A DNA stretch of 64,000 nucleotides. Source: the human T2T-CHM13v2.0 reference genome, Homo sapiens. Shown piece after piece: positions 12,656-26,896 of this stretch (position 1 is its first letter; each line of letters opens with the position of its first letter). A program made the translations under genes and the position numbers. The stretch covers positions 28,416,001 to 28,480,000 of the forward strand of contig CP068257.2 of the NCBI GenBank assembly GCA_009914755.4, read 5' to 3'. The notes beneath the pieces were generated by a model, which worked only from the letters and a program-made list of their open reading frames with translations, made no database searches and was not told where the DNA came from.

Positions 12656-14848
12656 TCATAGCTTTGTTAAAATAAATGGTCCTGTTGTCTTGTATCTCAG
12701 TAGTAAAAACAGGATAAACTTACACTTCCTATTACAGAAAATAAAATATTCACTGACTACCAACTATGTATCAAGAATTCAACTCTGTATTTTTCTCATA
12801 ATCAGGTAGACTTCATTTTTTCCCCCGAATATACAGGCAAAGGAAATGAGACCCAGATGGACTGAGCAATTTGCTCAAGATCATATTTGAACTCATCCAT
12901 TTGACCTCTCAATTTCTGTCCTTTCTAACACATTCATTTGCCCAACTCACATCTACTTATTGGGCATCTAGAATTTTCCAGGCACTGTGTTAGGAGTAAG
13001 ACACATATAGATTTTTGCCTTCATGGGGCCTACATTATACTAGGATAATTTGAGAAAAATAAATAAAAAGCAAAAATGAGTTAGTTACGGCATTTATGAT
13101 AAGTGCTTTGAAGAAGAGTTTTAGAATGCAATGAAACTGTACAACATGGGACTTAATTTGAGAAGCAGAGAAGACTTTCCTGAAATGATGAATAGTAATG
13201 AACCAAGTAAGATGGCTAAGTAAGTGAGGGAAGGATACTATCTTACAAAGACAAGCATGAGCACGTATAATACCTTGGAGCTGAAAGAGGCACTGGTCTA
13301 TTACCACACTGGAGAGTTATTTCTAAATTCTGGGAATTGATTCAATGTTTGAGAAATAAAATTCCAGCTTTTCCATTTGCATGCTTTGAGATTTCTCTAA
13401 TTCCTAGTTTCCTTTGCAAATCTGGATAAAAACCCTCATAATAATAACATCACAACAACAAGTCAGCGATAATAATGTCTATTCCAAAGTGTCTGGCAGA
13501 TAATGGGTACTCAATGGATATTTAACAATAAATGAATGATGGTTGTGATGACTAAATAATATAATAAATGTGGAAAGCCATAATTGTTCATTTAGCCATT
13601 CATTTGTTTACTATTAATATAAATATTTATTGAGTTCTTTTTGTAGGCCTAGTAATATATAGTTAAATAAAAATATCTTTGTTATATAAGTGGTAGTTTT
13701 TCTTCTTGCTTTTTTAAATGTTATAAAATTAATAAAGGATCTGTAAATGTTAATGGATCCCTGAGTTGCAGCACTCACATGCTTTTGTAAAAGTTTACCA
13801 TTTAGATCAAAACTCTGGGAAGTATATATTTTGAAATTCACAGCCAGAGTATTTCCTCATAATTTAAGTTTTAGCTGTTATTAATCATGGTTTCAAGTAA
13901 CCAAGGCTTTCCTAACTTTATAAAATGAAAAATCTGACTATAATTATGAATAATACAACTGTACCCTGGGAAGCTGATGTTCAGATATTGTCATGCTGAG
14001 AAAAGCAGCCCAGCCAGCCTCTTATCCTAGAACATCATATTCTGTCCCACATGGTTTTACCCCTCCGGTTATAACCAATTGAACCACGGATAGACAACTG
14101 ACTCAACATTAGCCAATGATCTATGAAGTGGCCAAAGGTGAAACCTTTGTAGGGTACCTTATGTGGGATGGTGAGTGCTAAAACCAAGCAAGGCCTCTCA
14201 TTTGGAATATGAATGTAGGAGTAACAGAAAATGAGTACTTGCTCAATACGAGTGGAGAGAATAGAAGTGGAGAAGGTAGCCAATAAGAACATCAGTGTTT
14301 TAGGGGGTACTTACTATGGTTCTAGTGAAGTCCCAGAGTTGATGTCAAATGAGTAGTGGTATAGATGATTTCATAAATTCAGTTCTCAATTTATACTCCA
14401 ATCTTGAAGAAACTTGACTATTTAGAAATTCAGTTTTTTCCCCCATAAGAATTGGCCAGGTGATGATACTGAATTTTTACATTTTCCACATAACTTTCAA
14501 CAAGTGTCAGTTTATTACGTTAATATAATTTAAGAAAGCCTAAATGGTGTACTATACCTACTTCAAATTTCTAAGTCAGGAACCCATGTTATTACTAGTT
14601 TTACAGAAAATGTCAAAAGTTACTTTAGAACAACTTTATTTCAATAGTGATTTCCAACTTTCCTTCAATTAAACTATCACCAGAAAAATCTGTAACTGCT
14701 ACAAATTTTCAGAGAAAAGTTACTATTCTACTCATAGGTGTGTGGTATCAAGTGAAACACTATTTTATGCCACATATACATGAACATGCATGCAGCAGTG
14801 TTTTCAACTGGCAGCATTTTGCCTAACACTAACCTTGCTGACTTCAAC

Positions 14849-14990
14849 TCAGTACAAGGTTAAGTAAAATATTATATTCTATTTGTGAAACAAGAATAAC
14901 TAGATATTTAAAGCTATACATTTAAGTTTTCTGTTCTTCAAGGGTTATTTCTTCTTTGCTAGGCTTCATGCTTATGATTCAGCTTCATGC
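14849..14990. repeat. Copy 2 of the ~140-bp local duplication, running directly into the minisatellite
   Basis: ctcagtacaaggttaagtaaaatattatattctatttgtgaaacaagaataactagatatttaaagctatacatttaagttttctgttcttcaagggttatttcttctttgctaggcttcatgcttatgattcagcttcatgcttatgg. Confidence 0.85.
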
Positions 14991-15566
14991 TTATGGTACT
15001 AGGCTTCAAGTTTATGATTCAGCTTCATGCTAATGGTATTAGGCTTCATGCTTATGGTACTAGGTTTCATGCTTATGGTACTAGGCTTCGTGCTTATGGT
15101 ATTGGGCTTCATGCTTATGGTATTGGGCTTCATGCTTATAGTATTGGGCTTCATGCTTATGGTACTAGGCTTCGTGCTTATGGTATTAGGCTTCATGCTT
15201 ATGATTCAGCTTCATGCTTATGATATTAGGCTTATACTTATGGTACTAGGCTTCATGCTTATGGTACTAGGCTTCATGCTTATGGTATTAAGCTTCATAC
15301 TTATGGTACTAGGCTTCATGCTTATGGTATTAGGCTTCATGCTTATGGTACTAGGTTTCATGCTTATGGTACTAGGCTTCGTGCTTATGGTACTAGGCTT
15401 CATGCTTATGGTATTAGGCTTCATGCTTTTGATTCAGTTTCATGCTTATGGTATTAGGCTTCATGCTTATGGTACTAGGTTTCATGCTTATGGTACTAGG
15501 CTTCATGCTTATGGTACTAGGCTTCGTGCTTATGGTACTAGGCTTCATGCTTATGGTATTCAGATG
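14962..15566. repeat. Minisatellite / VNTR with a 21-bp unit (consensus aggcttcatgcttatggtact), about 29 tandem copies with unit variants (ggtatt/ggtact; cttcat/cttcgt/tttcat; gattcagcttcatgcttatg variants)
   Basis: The 21-bp periodicity is directly visible across about 605 bp. The ORFs 14987..15223, 15027..15602 and the minus-strand ORFs here are pure periodic-repeat translations (MLMVLGF... / MKP[NS]TIS...). Confidence 0.92.
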
Positions 15567-17182
15567 GTGGTTAATCACCATTCCAGTGGTTCTGACCTGT
15601 AAATCACTAGCAACCACAACAGATCTTCAGCATAATCTCAAACTTGTTTATATGTATTTCAAATAAAAGATGCCTCATTTTCTTTCCAAAAATTACAAAA
15701 CAAAACAAAACAATAACAGTACCAGACTACCATGTTTTTAAATAGTAATTTATTAAAGTGTCTATATATTTCAACTTAAAATATGAAGTGGGAAAGGAAA
15801 TGAGCTCTCGATATTATAGTTCCCATGTTAAGTATATTTCATTTCATAAAATAACTTTGGATCCCATTTTGTCAACAAATAAATTTTGAAGAAGTTAAAA
15901 AACATTTAAAATAAATAACAACAGCAATAATTTCAATAAGTTAAAGAAAAATCGAAGACAAACAAGACTATTGTGTCTGACTTAGATGTATAGCATTTGA
16001 GTGCAAAACAATAAAGAAAGTAATATCCACAAAAGTCAGGCTAGTAGTTAATCTTTGAGATTAACCAAATGGGATCATAGTTGGATGAAGAAATGTGAAT
16101 ATCTTTGGGATGACTTGCAATATTCTTATTTCCTGAGATGAGTGGTAGTTATATCAGTTATCATTTTATAATAATTCATTGAGTGGTTTGTTTTTTGCAG
16201 CTTTCTGCATTTATGTAATATTTAACAACAGAAAAGTGTTTCTAAAATATGATTTTGTTCAAAATAACATTTTGCCTTAAAGAACTGTGATTTACTAATG
16301 TATGCAAAATAAGAGGTCCAGAAGTAAGCAGTTTCAGGTTGGGATAATTTTGTTTTAGTGATGTGGGGATTTAGGGTCAACTTCTCTCCCATTCTCTAAG
16401 ATTCTCCCTCATCTTTGAAAGATGGTGGACTCAACACCAAAACACACCTATGTACACCTGCTAGAAGCCTGAGAGAAGGAGCGTGGGAGTAAAATAATCT
16501 TTATATGACCTCCTTTCATTTTCTGAATGAGTTAGTGTGAGATTATTGCCACTTGCTCATTTAAGGTTTATAATAACTTAGTGGAACATCTGGGTGTATA
16601 ATTTTTTTGTGGGAAGACTGATTTAAACCATTTTATTTAATTACTGGATATATGGCTAATTAGAGAATTTTAAATCTCTTGTTGTTTCTGTAGTTTTATT
16701 TTTCAAAGAGTTTAGCCATTTATTATAGATATTAAAATTGTTGGTATAATGCTGATGTTAATATTCTCTTTTAATCCTTTTAATGTTGGTAGGATCTGAA
16801 ATAATTACTCCTCTTTTGTCAATGATTTTGGTAATTTCTATTTATTCCACTTTTAAAAATTAATAGAACTAGAGGTTTCTAATTGTATTGATCTTACAAA
16901 GTATCAAAATTGCCTTTGTTAGCTTTCTCTAAAATTTCTTTTTCATTTCATTGATTTTTGCTATTTGTTATTTCCTACCTTTCACTTGCTTTGAAATTAC
17001 TTTTGTTTCCTACCTTCTTAAGATGAAATCTTAATTCACTTAATTTTAGACTTCAAAACTTTTTAAATACAGCAAATCTAGTATTTTTCTTAAAACATTG
17101 GCTATTTTATTTCTAAATTTTTTATTTGGTTCATTTTTTAATACTTTCTGTTCCACTGCTGAGATTTACCATCCTTTCATTT

Positions 17183-17442
<260 letters not shown>

Positions 17443-20400
17443 TGAGATACCTTGGAATTGTTCTATATTAATTGTTTCTTCTTTTGGAAAGTAGACATTT
17501 TACTCGTTGTTTTTATGTTGCACACTTCTGGATCATGTCCTGAATTTGTGATTTACATTATTTTGAAGGCTCTGGATCTTTTTATATTGCTCCAGAAAAT
17601 GTTTTTGTTGTTTTTGCTGTTATTGTTGTTTTGGTATTCAGTTTACTTTGTTGGACTCAAACTGCAAGCTGTGTCTTTTCAGCAATAGGTCAAATTTCAG
17701 TTTAGTTATTTTATTCTTAGCTGGATTCCTCTGAATATGAGGTGCATATGTGTGGTTTAGGTATGAGCTGGAAATTTGGGTAGAGTTTATACTCAAAATG
17801 TGAGTCTGCCGTTCTCTATGCCTCTTTTCTTTCCTGGATATCTCCCTCACATTCTAGAAGCTAAGGTTGCCATGAAGTCTGCCCTTTGGTTCTTTAGGCC
17901 AGGAATTCTGTGAATTTTCTATTGAAATTTTGGCCACCATGGGCAATAGTAACTGACGCTTGCAGGCTAAAGGCTAAAATTGGAGCTAACACAATGTTGT
18001 TTCCTTCTTCTCTGTGTCCATTTACCTCCAGATTTTGCCTGTTCTATTTACACTTCAGGGACTTCCAGGCTATTCCTTTTGGTATTTTGTCTGGAGTTAA
18101 TATTTGCTGTGTGTGAGAGGGCCAGTGGAGTCAGCATTTAATTGGCAACAGTATAAATGGAACTTATGCCTATTAGCAATCAAGTAAGAAGCTCTAGTGG
18201 ACAACTTTTTATTTGCAGCTGTCTATAATTTTGTCACATGTCCCTCCTTTCATCAATTACGGTTCATCCTTAGGGTTGCGGGGAAGAGCATGACTTCCTT
18301 AAGCACATTTTTTTCCCTATAAATTATCAGGAATAAGTAAGGGGGGAACTGCCATTGGCATAACAATCAATAGCCTCTGGGAGTCACTTCCTCATAGATG
18401 CAGAGATTTGTTTTTCTTTCCCTTCCTTGAATTAGGAAGAAATGATGTTTTGAATCAGATTGTAGATGGATAACTTCAGCAAATCATTAGACAAACATAA
18501 ATTCCTACTAAATTAAGTTCTTCTATGAGGTTCTGCTTAGAACAGACCCAATAACATCCCCAGGATTGGCAGAAAATCAGACAATTGAGTCTTGATTCTC
18601 AACTTAAATACTTTGCAATGCTTAACTAGGCACGAGGCATTATACCTTCACCTCATAGAGGAACTTGCCACTTTCACTTTACAGATGCAACGAAGAATAG
18701 GGTTTCTTATAGATGGTCACATAAAAAATGAAAACACAGTAGGAAGAACAATATCTTTTATGCCTGGGATTCTTTGAAAATAACAAAATACGTAAGATAA
18801 AAATTGTGTCCTAGAAGTGTTTACAATCCTTCAGGGGAGAAAACAAATTTCAAAGAAAGGCTGAATAATATGTTTTAGAGAAGCATATGCAATATAACTT
18901 CATGTGCAAGGAAGAAGAAATAATTAAATCTGGCAGAGAGTCTTGAAGGATATTTTTAATCTACAATATTTGAGCAGGATCACAAAAGATGATTTATTGT
19001 GATAAGTGAATTAGGAAAGGATATTACAGCCTGAGGAAGAATCATGAACTAATCATGGAAGCATTGATGTGCTGAGTGTTCAAATAACATCAACTACTGC
19101 ACTGTGACAACAGTATCACAAAAATCTTAATGAACCAGTGAGAAGTAAGAATGTACAATCATTTGGGGAACATATCAGGGAAATCCTTGAACACAGGGCT
19201 AAGCATTTGAATATAAAAACATTGTTTCAGAATTCTGTATCCATGTGGCTACACAGATACACACACATTTAATAAGAGGCAATTTATGAAAAGCACTAAG
19301 GTTGCAGCTAAGAAAACAGGAGTAGTAGTTTAAAGAATAAAGATGACATTTCTGGTTTGGATAACCAAGGAGAGCTTTTAGAAGGGAATAGAAGTTGAAT
19401 TCAGCCTTGGAATTTTGAGCAGAATGTTGAAAATGTTGACATGTAGAGCTGGGTGGCCATGGAAGATGAAATTGGAGGGAGGACACACATTTCAAAGCCC
19501 ACATGAATTAGACGGGTAGAAAAAAGACCACACTGCTTAAATTGTGAGAGATTCTGAATGCATGAGACATTATTAGAATAGTAAAGCTACTGTATTTCAT
19601 CTCAACTTAGATGCCATTAATAATTTGTACCATTATTTCACGTAATAGTAAATGGGGAGAAGGATATCAATTAGAGTATTAATTAGAGTTATTAATTGTA
19701 ACTCTAAGATGTTGAAATATGAAAAATTACATAAATAAGAAGCGGAATATCTAAACAACTCTTTTTATCTACATTTTGCCATGAAAATATTTAGTTTTTT
19801 AAAATTATCTTCAAATAAACAATTCATTGGAAAGATATAAATGTCAACTTACATAAAATTTAATTGCTATCCTTTAGAATAATTTTGCCAAAAACGCAGC
19901 AAGAGTTGAATACAACACAACTTTATGAAACAGCAGGCAAGAACAAAATGTTAATGTTCCTATGTGCTTGGAAAATGATGAGGGAATAAAATGGGTCCAT
20001 TCAACTCACTTGGGTGATGCTTATATCACGGCATAAGGGTTCTTTTGGTACCTTTGCTGAATTTCAACAATTCTATTCACTGGGCATTGCCAGAAAACTG
20101 ACAGAAAGCCAGTTACAGTTTTCTTTTCTCAATTACCCTATTTTCTTCCATTCACTCAGAAAGTAACAACCTTGGGAGACTAAGATTTTACACTGTAAGT
20201 TCAAACTTCCAATTAAAAGCCACTCTCTCTATAACTCTGACATGTTTTTCTTTATTTTTCCCATAAATTAGTGAATTTGCAGGCTTAACTTTTACATAAT
20301 GGCTCCAAGGGTCTTACCACATATCATTTATTCTGACAGTTTGGGGAAAAAAACAGTTGATTTTTTTTTTTAATCAAAATAAAAAGGCAAAACCATCATT

Positions 20401-21445
20401 ATATTTCTGGAAGCAATAGGGATCACACAGGTTGTAGTGCAGTCTTAGAGAGCTGAACAGCTTTTAGGTAGTTATCATTTTGCTTTATTTTTGCATTAAT
20501 TCACAAATTCATAAAAGTCGAGTAGATTAGATTTTACTTTTCTTTCTTGGAAAATGACAAACATGTTTCTTTCCAAATAGATACAAATTTTAAAAGTGCA
20601 GCTAATGAAGAATTAACAGCTGTCAAATTATAAGTAGATTTCATTCATTAATTAGTTTCTGTCCAGGGCACGCATACAGACATTTCAATAAACATGAATA
20701 TTGAAACTAAGAAGCTATGTCTGGGAGGCTATGCGATTAGCACATGAAACTTCATTTAGAGAATTAGGAAGTCCTAGAAAACTCTTGATTTGTCAGTTAT
20801 ATGGCTATGTGACACTGAATCCATTATAAAGAAATATTAAATATCTGTCAGATATTTGATTTACATAGTACCAACTAAACAATGTGTTTGGTTTTTCATT
20901 GAAATGTTTAAAGACTGCAAAATCCTCGTGCCGCAGTTACATCTCTAATTCAAGGTTAAACGTTCAAAATAATTCTTATCGAAATAATATGAGATTATGC
21001 ATTTTAAAGTTTCATTCCTCTTTTTCCTTACAGATTATACAAATCTTTATGTATATGTTCCAAGAATTTAGAATAAGATATGTGTATCTAACTTAGTTAA
21101 CTTGTAAGGAAAGCACCAAATACCAGATTTATATTGTCTGATACCATTCCAGTTGAAGATATTTTTGTGAATTTTAAAAATAACAAAAAGATATATTATG
21201 CCTATATGCAATTTATATGAAATCTTTACAATTCTTTTTTTATTGTCAATCCCTCTCATCTTAAAAGAGAGAAATGTATTAACTTCATTTCCATGGATTT
21301 TCATTTCCCTAGCGTGTCACCACATAAAAGTACTGTTGAAGCATGAGGTAGGTGGATAACAAATTAGAGAATACACTAATTTGTATGCATGCAATAAAAA
21401 TCTCAACTCAAACTATCTTACATAGTGGAGAAAATACATTATTGA

Positions 21446-21803
<358 letters not shown>

Positions 21804-23440
21804 TGATTTCTGCTGCAGGTCCATTGCTCATGTGAAAACCTGAGAAATTCCAGGAAAAGAAGAGACGTGCCTTTCTCCAGTGTTGTTTTTATGGGAGATG
21901 GGGGCAGGCAAGCCATCTTTCCAAGAAGCCTCCAGCATTCTTCTCTATTTCTTTAATGAGCAGAATTTCTCATGTGCTCATTATTAAACTGAGCACTGAG
22001 GAGCAAGAAGAGATGGTCACGGCTGCTTAATGAAGCACGTGATCGTGGGAAGACGTTGGGATGCTGAGTAACAAGGATGCTCTGTAAGTAAGAAAGGGTG
22101 GGCCGAACAGGAGAGACAAAAAGAAAACAGAGGACAAGTTCCAAACACCACAAATGAACACGTTTTCTTTCAAAAGTTGCATATATTTATCCAATATGTC
22201 TTGTGTAACCAGAATCAGGCAGTCTCTTGACTCACTAGGCCATGATCCCAAACGTCTACCAGTCTTACCATGCTTCATTTGATACTACCCTATTTTTTCC
22301 TATGTTGTTTTGGCTTATTATTTACTGTCTTTAATACATACCTTACCTCACTAATTAGTGCATTATCTTCCTTGCTCTTTCCCTTCCTTTTTCTTCCCTT
22401 TACCCATCCTCTTTTATTTACATTTTTTACTGGCCACTTGCTTATTTTGATACCTCAAGATGCTAATAGACCTTAAAGCTCTGTATGCCTTTCTCAAAGA
22501 ACAGGAGTAAATCCTTTCATATGTGCCTTCCCTGTGTTTAGCACATGCTAATTTCGTTGCAGGTTCTCAAGGAAATGCTTGCTGAAGACTGCATACATTG
22601 AAAAGGCCAGAGGGTGGCACCGTGGTGAACCAAGCCTGGTGACGCCCTCAAGTCCCAGTGCTGCAAGTTGCTGCTGATTCACTTCTCCAATGAGTCCACA
22701 TTTTAGTATTCGATGGTCTAGGAATTATCATGCACATGTAACTTGGTCTAAACTAGAACAGATTCTTTACTACCAGGATTTACATTTCTGATGTTTTAGT
22801 TATTCTGGTTTATAAGAGTCTTCAGAGAATTCCTGGTTTTGTTACCATTTAGCCTGTTTCCATCCTTGTCAAAATATTTGTCTTGACTATTAAGACAGAA
22901 TAAGGAAGTTATCTGTGTGATGTAGCTGAAAGGGTTAAATTTCTTGGTCACTTAATCAGAGAATCCAAAATGTTTGTTCTTCATTTTTGGAAGGCAAGGA
23001 GCTTCACTTAGCCTGAAAATATTCATCAGTAAACAAATAGAATTAATAATATTAATGCCAGGTATGAAAAGGAGGGCTTTTCCCATAAGGGAAAGGATAT
23101 ACTCGGCTAGTGATAGCGGAAACCCGGCAGTAGTGTACAATCCAGTCCCAGGCATATGGCTCAAGTCTGCTGCCAAATCACACAACTTGAAGCTATCAGG
23201 TGGCACTGCCTTTGTTAGTGGATAGTGCCATCTTCATACACCATGGGCAGTGACACTTCTATTCCCCTGTCCCGTCTCTCAGAGCTTGTTCATCCTCAGG
23301 CCTTTTATACCAATATGTGTATTGATGATCCTTTTAAATAATACTAGGATGTACAGGTTGAGAGCAAGATAGCGTGAGTTAACATTTTCATAGAAACAGA
23401 ACTGAGACATAAAAAGCATTAGCAGACTATATGTTTTAGC

Positions 23441-23792
23441 TCATTCTAGTTGTTATAACAAAATACCATAGACTGGGTGGCTTATAAACAAGAGAAATTT
23501 ATTCTCACAGTCCACAGTCTGACAAGTGCAAGATGAAGGCACTGGAAGATTCATTATCAAGTGAAGGCTCGCTTCTTGGTTCATAGAAGGCATCTCCTTG
23601 CTCCATCCTCATATGATGGAAGAGGCAAACAACCTCCCTTGAGCCTCATTTAATAAGGACACTAATACCATGCGTGAGGGCTCCACCTTCATTACATAAT
23701 CATCTCTCAAAAACCCACCTCTTAAAACCATCACCATGAGGGTTAGAATTTCAGCCCATGAATTTTAGAGGGTACAAACATTCAGACTATAG
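23441..23792 (-). mobile_element. MaLR solo LTR (MLT1/MST-type), antisense
   Basis: + strand reads ctcattctagttgttataacaaaataccatagactgggtggcttataaacaagagaaatttattctcacagtc...ggacactaataccatgcgtgagggctccaccttcattacataatcatctctcaaaaacccacctcttaaaaccatcaccatgagggttagaatttcagcccatgaattttagagggtacaaacattcagactatagca. This is the reverse complement of the MaLR LTR layout (tgt...gtcccc.caaaattcatatgttgaa...cagaactgtgagaaataaatttctgttgtttaagccacccagtctatggtattttgttat). Confidence 0.55.
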
Positions 23793-24646
23793 CACTATGC
23801 CTTCATTTTGGGAGCCCAAATCTTTCTAGTGGGATTCTTGAATTTTAAAATGAGCAAAGTTATTGATATTATGTTTCTGTAACTAGATTCTCTTACCATC
23901 TCACTTTCCAATTCTGATATAATGACCAGTATAGAAAAAACACTCATAAAATTTGCTTCTGTATCTTGGACATATAAGAAATGTAGGGTCAAAAAGTCTT
24001 AAGAGTCAATATTTAAGAGCTATTATACATTTCCCTTAAATAAGAAGTAATGGCTTCTGAGTAAATGTTTTTACAGAACATCTATTTTTTTCTTATGGTT
24101 TACTGATACAATAAGTTTGGTCTAAAAGGGAGCAATAGGTTGATCATAGGTTAATTATATAATTTACATTACCCAAAAGCAAAAATTCCAGAAGATATTA
24201 CATACCAATTTATATATGGGAAGCCAAAAATATTGTTCAGATTTATGCCTTCTTGATTGTTAGTGTAAGTCACCGATAAATATCTGTGTCATCTGAAATT
24301 GATTTTCAAAACAATCTTGCTATTATTTATTAAAGTCATGGGTCAACCCAAGTCAAAACATTAGTAGAAAAAGCGTTCTTATTTATGTTAATGACTACAA
24401 AAATCATTGAATATCTTTTAAAGTTTTCAAAATGTCTCCTAAAATAGACCTATTTAAGCAATTCATTTTTAATTGAGAATTTTACACAATTATAGAGGTA
24501 CACTTATGACAAATTTAGCTCTGCTAAATATGATAATAATTTATTTAATTTTCTATTAAAGGGGAAAATAATCCATATCTCACAGGGTTTTATAAGGATA
24601 AATTGAGTAGTATATGGGGACACACTTAAATGTTGCTGATATGGTT

Positions 24647-26896
24647 TGGCTGTGTCCCAACCCAAATCTCACACTGAATTGTGATAATCCCCATGTGTCA
24701 AAGGTGGAGATAATAGAATCATGGGGGCAGTTTCCCCCATACTCTTCTTGTGGTAGAGAATAAGTCTCACTAGAGTTGATTGTTTTATAAAGGGCAGTTC
24801 CCCTGCACATGCGCTCTTGCCTGCCACCATGTGAGACATGCCTTTGCTCCTCCTTTGCTTTCTGCCATGATTGTGAGGCCTCCCCAGCCATGTTGAACTG
24901 TGAGTCCATTAAATCTCTTTACTTTATAAATTACTCAGTCCTAGGTGTGTCTTTATAAGCACCATAAGAGCAAACTAATACAGTAAATTGGTGCCCACAG
25001 AGTGGGATGCTGCTGTAAAGACAGCCAAAAATGTGGAAGTGACTTTGGAACTGAGTAACAGGCAGAGGTTGGAACAGTTTGGAGGGCTCAGAAGAAAACA
25101 AGAAAATGTGAGAAAGTTTGCAACTTCCTAGAGACTTGTTGAATGACTTTACCCAAAATGCTGATAATGATATGGACAATGAAATCCAGGCTGATGTGAT
25201 CTCAGATGGAGACGAGGAACTTGTTTGGAGCTGGATTAAAGATGACTCTTGCTATGTTTTAGCAAAAAGACTGGCAGCATTTTGCCCCTGACCTAGAAAT
25301 TTGTGGAACTTTGAACTTGAGAGAGCTGATTTAGGGTATCAGACAGAAGAAATTTCTAAGCAGCAAAGCATTCAAGATGTGACTTGGGTGCTGTTAAAAG
25401 CACTCAGTTTAAAAAAAAAAAAAACAGCATAAAAGTTCAGAAAATTTGTAGTCTGGTGATGCAATAGAAAAGAAAAACTCATTTTCTAAGGAGAAATTCA
25501 AGCTGGCTGCAGAAATTTGCATAAGTAACAAGGAGCCAATTTCCCCCCATTTACAGTGGGGAAAATGTCTCCACAGCATGTCAGAGACCTTTGCAGCAGC
25601 CCCTCCCATCACAGGCCTGGAGGCTTAGGAGGGAAAATGATTTTGTGGGCCGGGCCCAGCACCTCCCTGGTGTGTGCAGCCTAGGGACTTTGTGCCCTGC
25701 ATCCCAGCCACTCTAACCATGGCTAAAAGGGTCCAAGGTACAGATCAGGCCATGGCTTCAGAAGATGCAAGCCCCAAGCCTTGGTGGCTTCCATGTGTTG
25801 TTGAGCCCACCAGTACAGAGAAGTCAGGAATTGAGGTTCAGGAACCTTTGCCTAGATTTCAGAGGATGTATGAAAATGCCTGGATGTCCAGGCTGAAGTT
25901 TGCTGCAGGGGAGAAGCCCTCATGCAAAACCTCTGCTAGGGAAGTTTGGAAGGGAAATGTGGGATTGAAGCCCCAACACAGAGTCTCCACTGGGGCATTG
26001 CCTAGTGGAGCTGTAAGGAAAGGGCCACTGTCCTCTAGACTGAAGAATGGTAGGTCCACCGACAGCTTGCACCGTGCTCCTGGAAAAGTTGCAGACACTC
26101 AATGCCAGCTCATGAAAGCAGCTGGGAAGCAGGATGTACCCTGCAAAGCCACAGGGGCAGAGCTGCCCAAGACCCTGGGAACCTACCTCTTGCATCAGCG
26201 TGACCTTAATGTGAGACACAGAGTCAAAGTAGATCATTTTGGAGCTTTAAGATTTGACTGCCCTGTTGGATTTTGGACTTGCATAGGGTCTGTAGCCCCT
26301 TTGTTTTGGCCAATTTCTCCCATTTTAAATTGGTGTATTTACCTAATGCCTGTACCCCCATTGTATCTAGGAAGTAACTGACTTGCTTTTGATTTTACAG
26401 GCTCATAGGTGGAAGGGACTTGCCTTATCTCAGATGAGACATTGGACTATGGACTTTTGAGTTAATGCTGAAATGAGTTAAGACTTTGGGGGTCTGTCGG
26501 GAAGGCATGGTTGGTTTTGAAATGTGAAGATATCAGATTTGGAAGGGGCCAAGGACAAAATGATATGGTTTGGCTATGTCTCCACCCAAATTTCACCTTG
26601 GATTGTAATAAAACCCAGGTGGAGATAATTGAATCATGGGGGTGGTTTTCCCATACTGTTCTCATGGTAGTAAATAAGTCTCATGAGAGATGATGGTTTT
26701 ATAAAGGGCAGTTCCCCTGCACACAGACTCTTGCCTCCACCATGTAAGATGTGCGTTTGCTCCTCATTTGCCTCCTGCCGTGATTGTGAGGCCTCTCCAA
26801 CCATGTGGAACTGTGAGTCCATTAAACCTCTTTCCTTTATAAATTACTCAGTCCTGGGTATGTCTTTATTAGCAGCATGAAAACAAACTCATATAG
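24647..26896 (+). mobile_element. Full-length THE1-type ERVL-MaLR element: 5' LTR (24647..24983), internal region, 3' LTR (26561..26896), with a 5-bp TSD
   Basis: Both LTRs start tgatatggtttggct(g/a)tgtc.c.acccaaat.tcac..tg.attgt(g)ataa..ccc...ggtggagataat.gaatcatggggg...ttcccccatact.ttc..tggtag..aataagtctca..aga..gatggttttataaagggcagttcccctgcaca...ctcttgcct.c.accatgt.aga..tgc.tttgctcctc.tttgc.t.ctgcc.tgattgtgaggcctc.cc.a.ccatgt.gaactgtgagtccattaaa.ctcttt.ctttataaattactcagtcct.ggt.tgtctttat.agca. The flanking gttgc at 24642..24646 recurs right after the 3' LTR (26896..26900). The two LTRs have diverged substantially, so the insertion is old. Confidence 0.8.
25674..26381 (+). pseudogene. Decayed internal ORF of the THE1/MaLR element (235-aa chance-extended remnant, not a cellular gene)
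   Basis: It lies entirely between the two THE1 LTRs in the THE1-int region. It is the longest ORF in the window but sits inside a ~40-50-Myr-old LTR retrotransposon, and overlapping antisense ORFs (25859..26098, 25920..26237) are equally long. Confidence 0.5.

Noticed and set aside
14962-15566. Regularly spaced direct repeats that could be mistaken for a CRISPR array
   Set aside because: The units abut directly with no unique spacers. The unit is 21 bp and non-palindromic, there are no cas genes, and the context is eukaryotic. It is a minisatellite.
15027-15602. 191-aa ORF (and partner ORFs 14987..15223, 15442..15666, minus-strand 14999..15196, 15218..15424, 15414..15617) with the striking repetitive peptide MLMVLGF...
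   Set aside because: It is a pure translation of the 21-bp minisatellite. Twenty-one is a multiple of three, so every frame stays open through the array. There is no start context and no codon-level variation consistent with selection.
18590-18730. Possible second MIR copy (cactttacagatgcaacgaagaatagggtttcttatagatggtcacat resembles the MIR core tttacagatgaggaaactgagg...ggtcacaca)
   Set aside because: The similarity is too degenerate to call by eye without an alignment score.
25674-26381. 235-aa ORF as a possible novel protein-coding gene
   Set aside because: It lies wholly inside the internal region of a THE1/MaLR retrotransposon between its two LTRs. Equally long ORFs overlap it on the opposite strand. 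It is best explained as decayed retroelement sequence.
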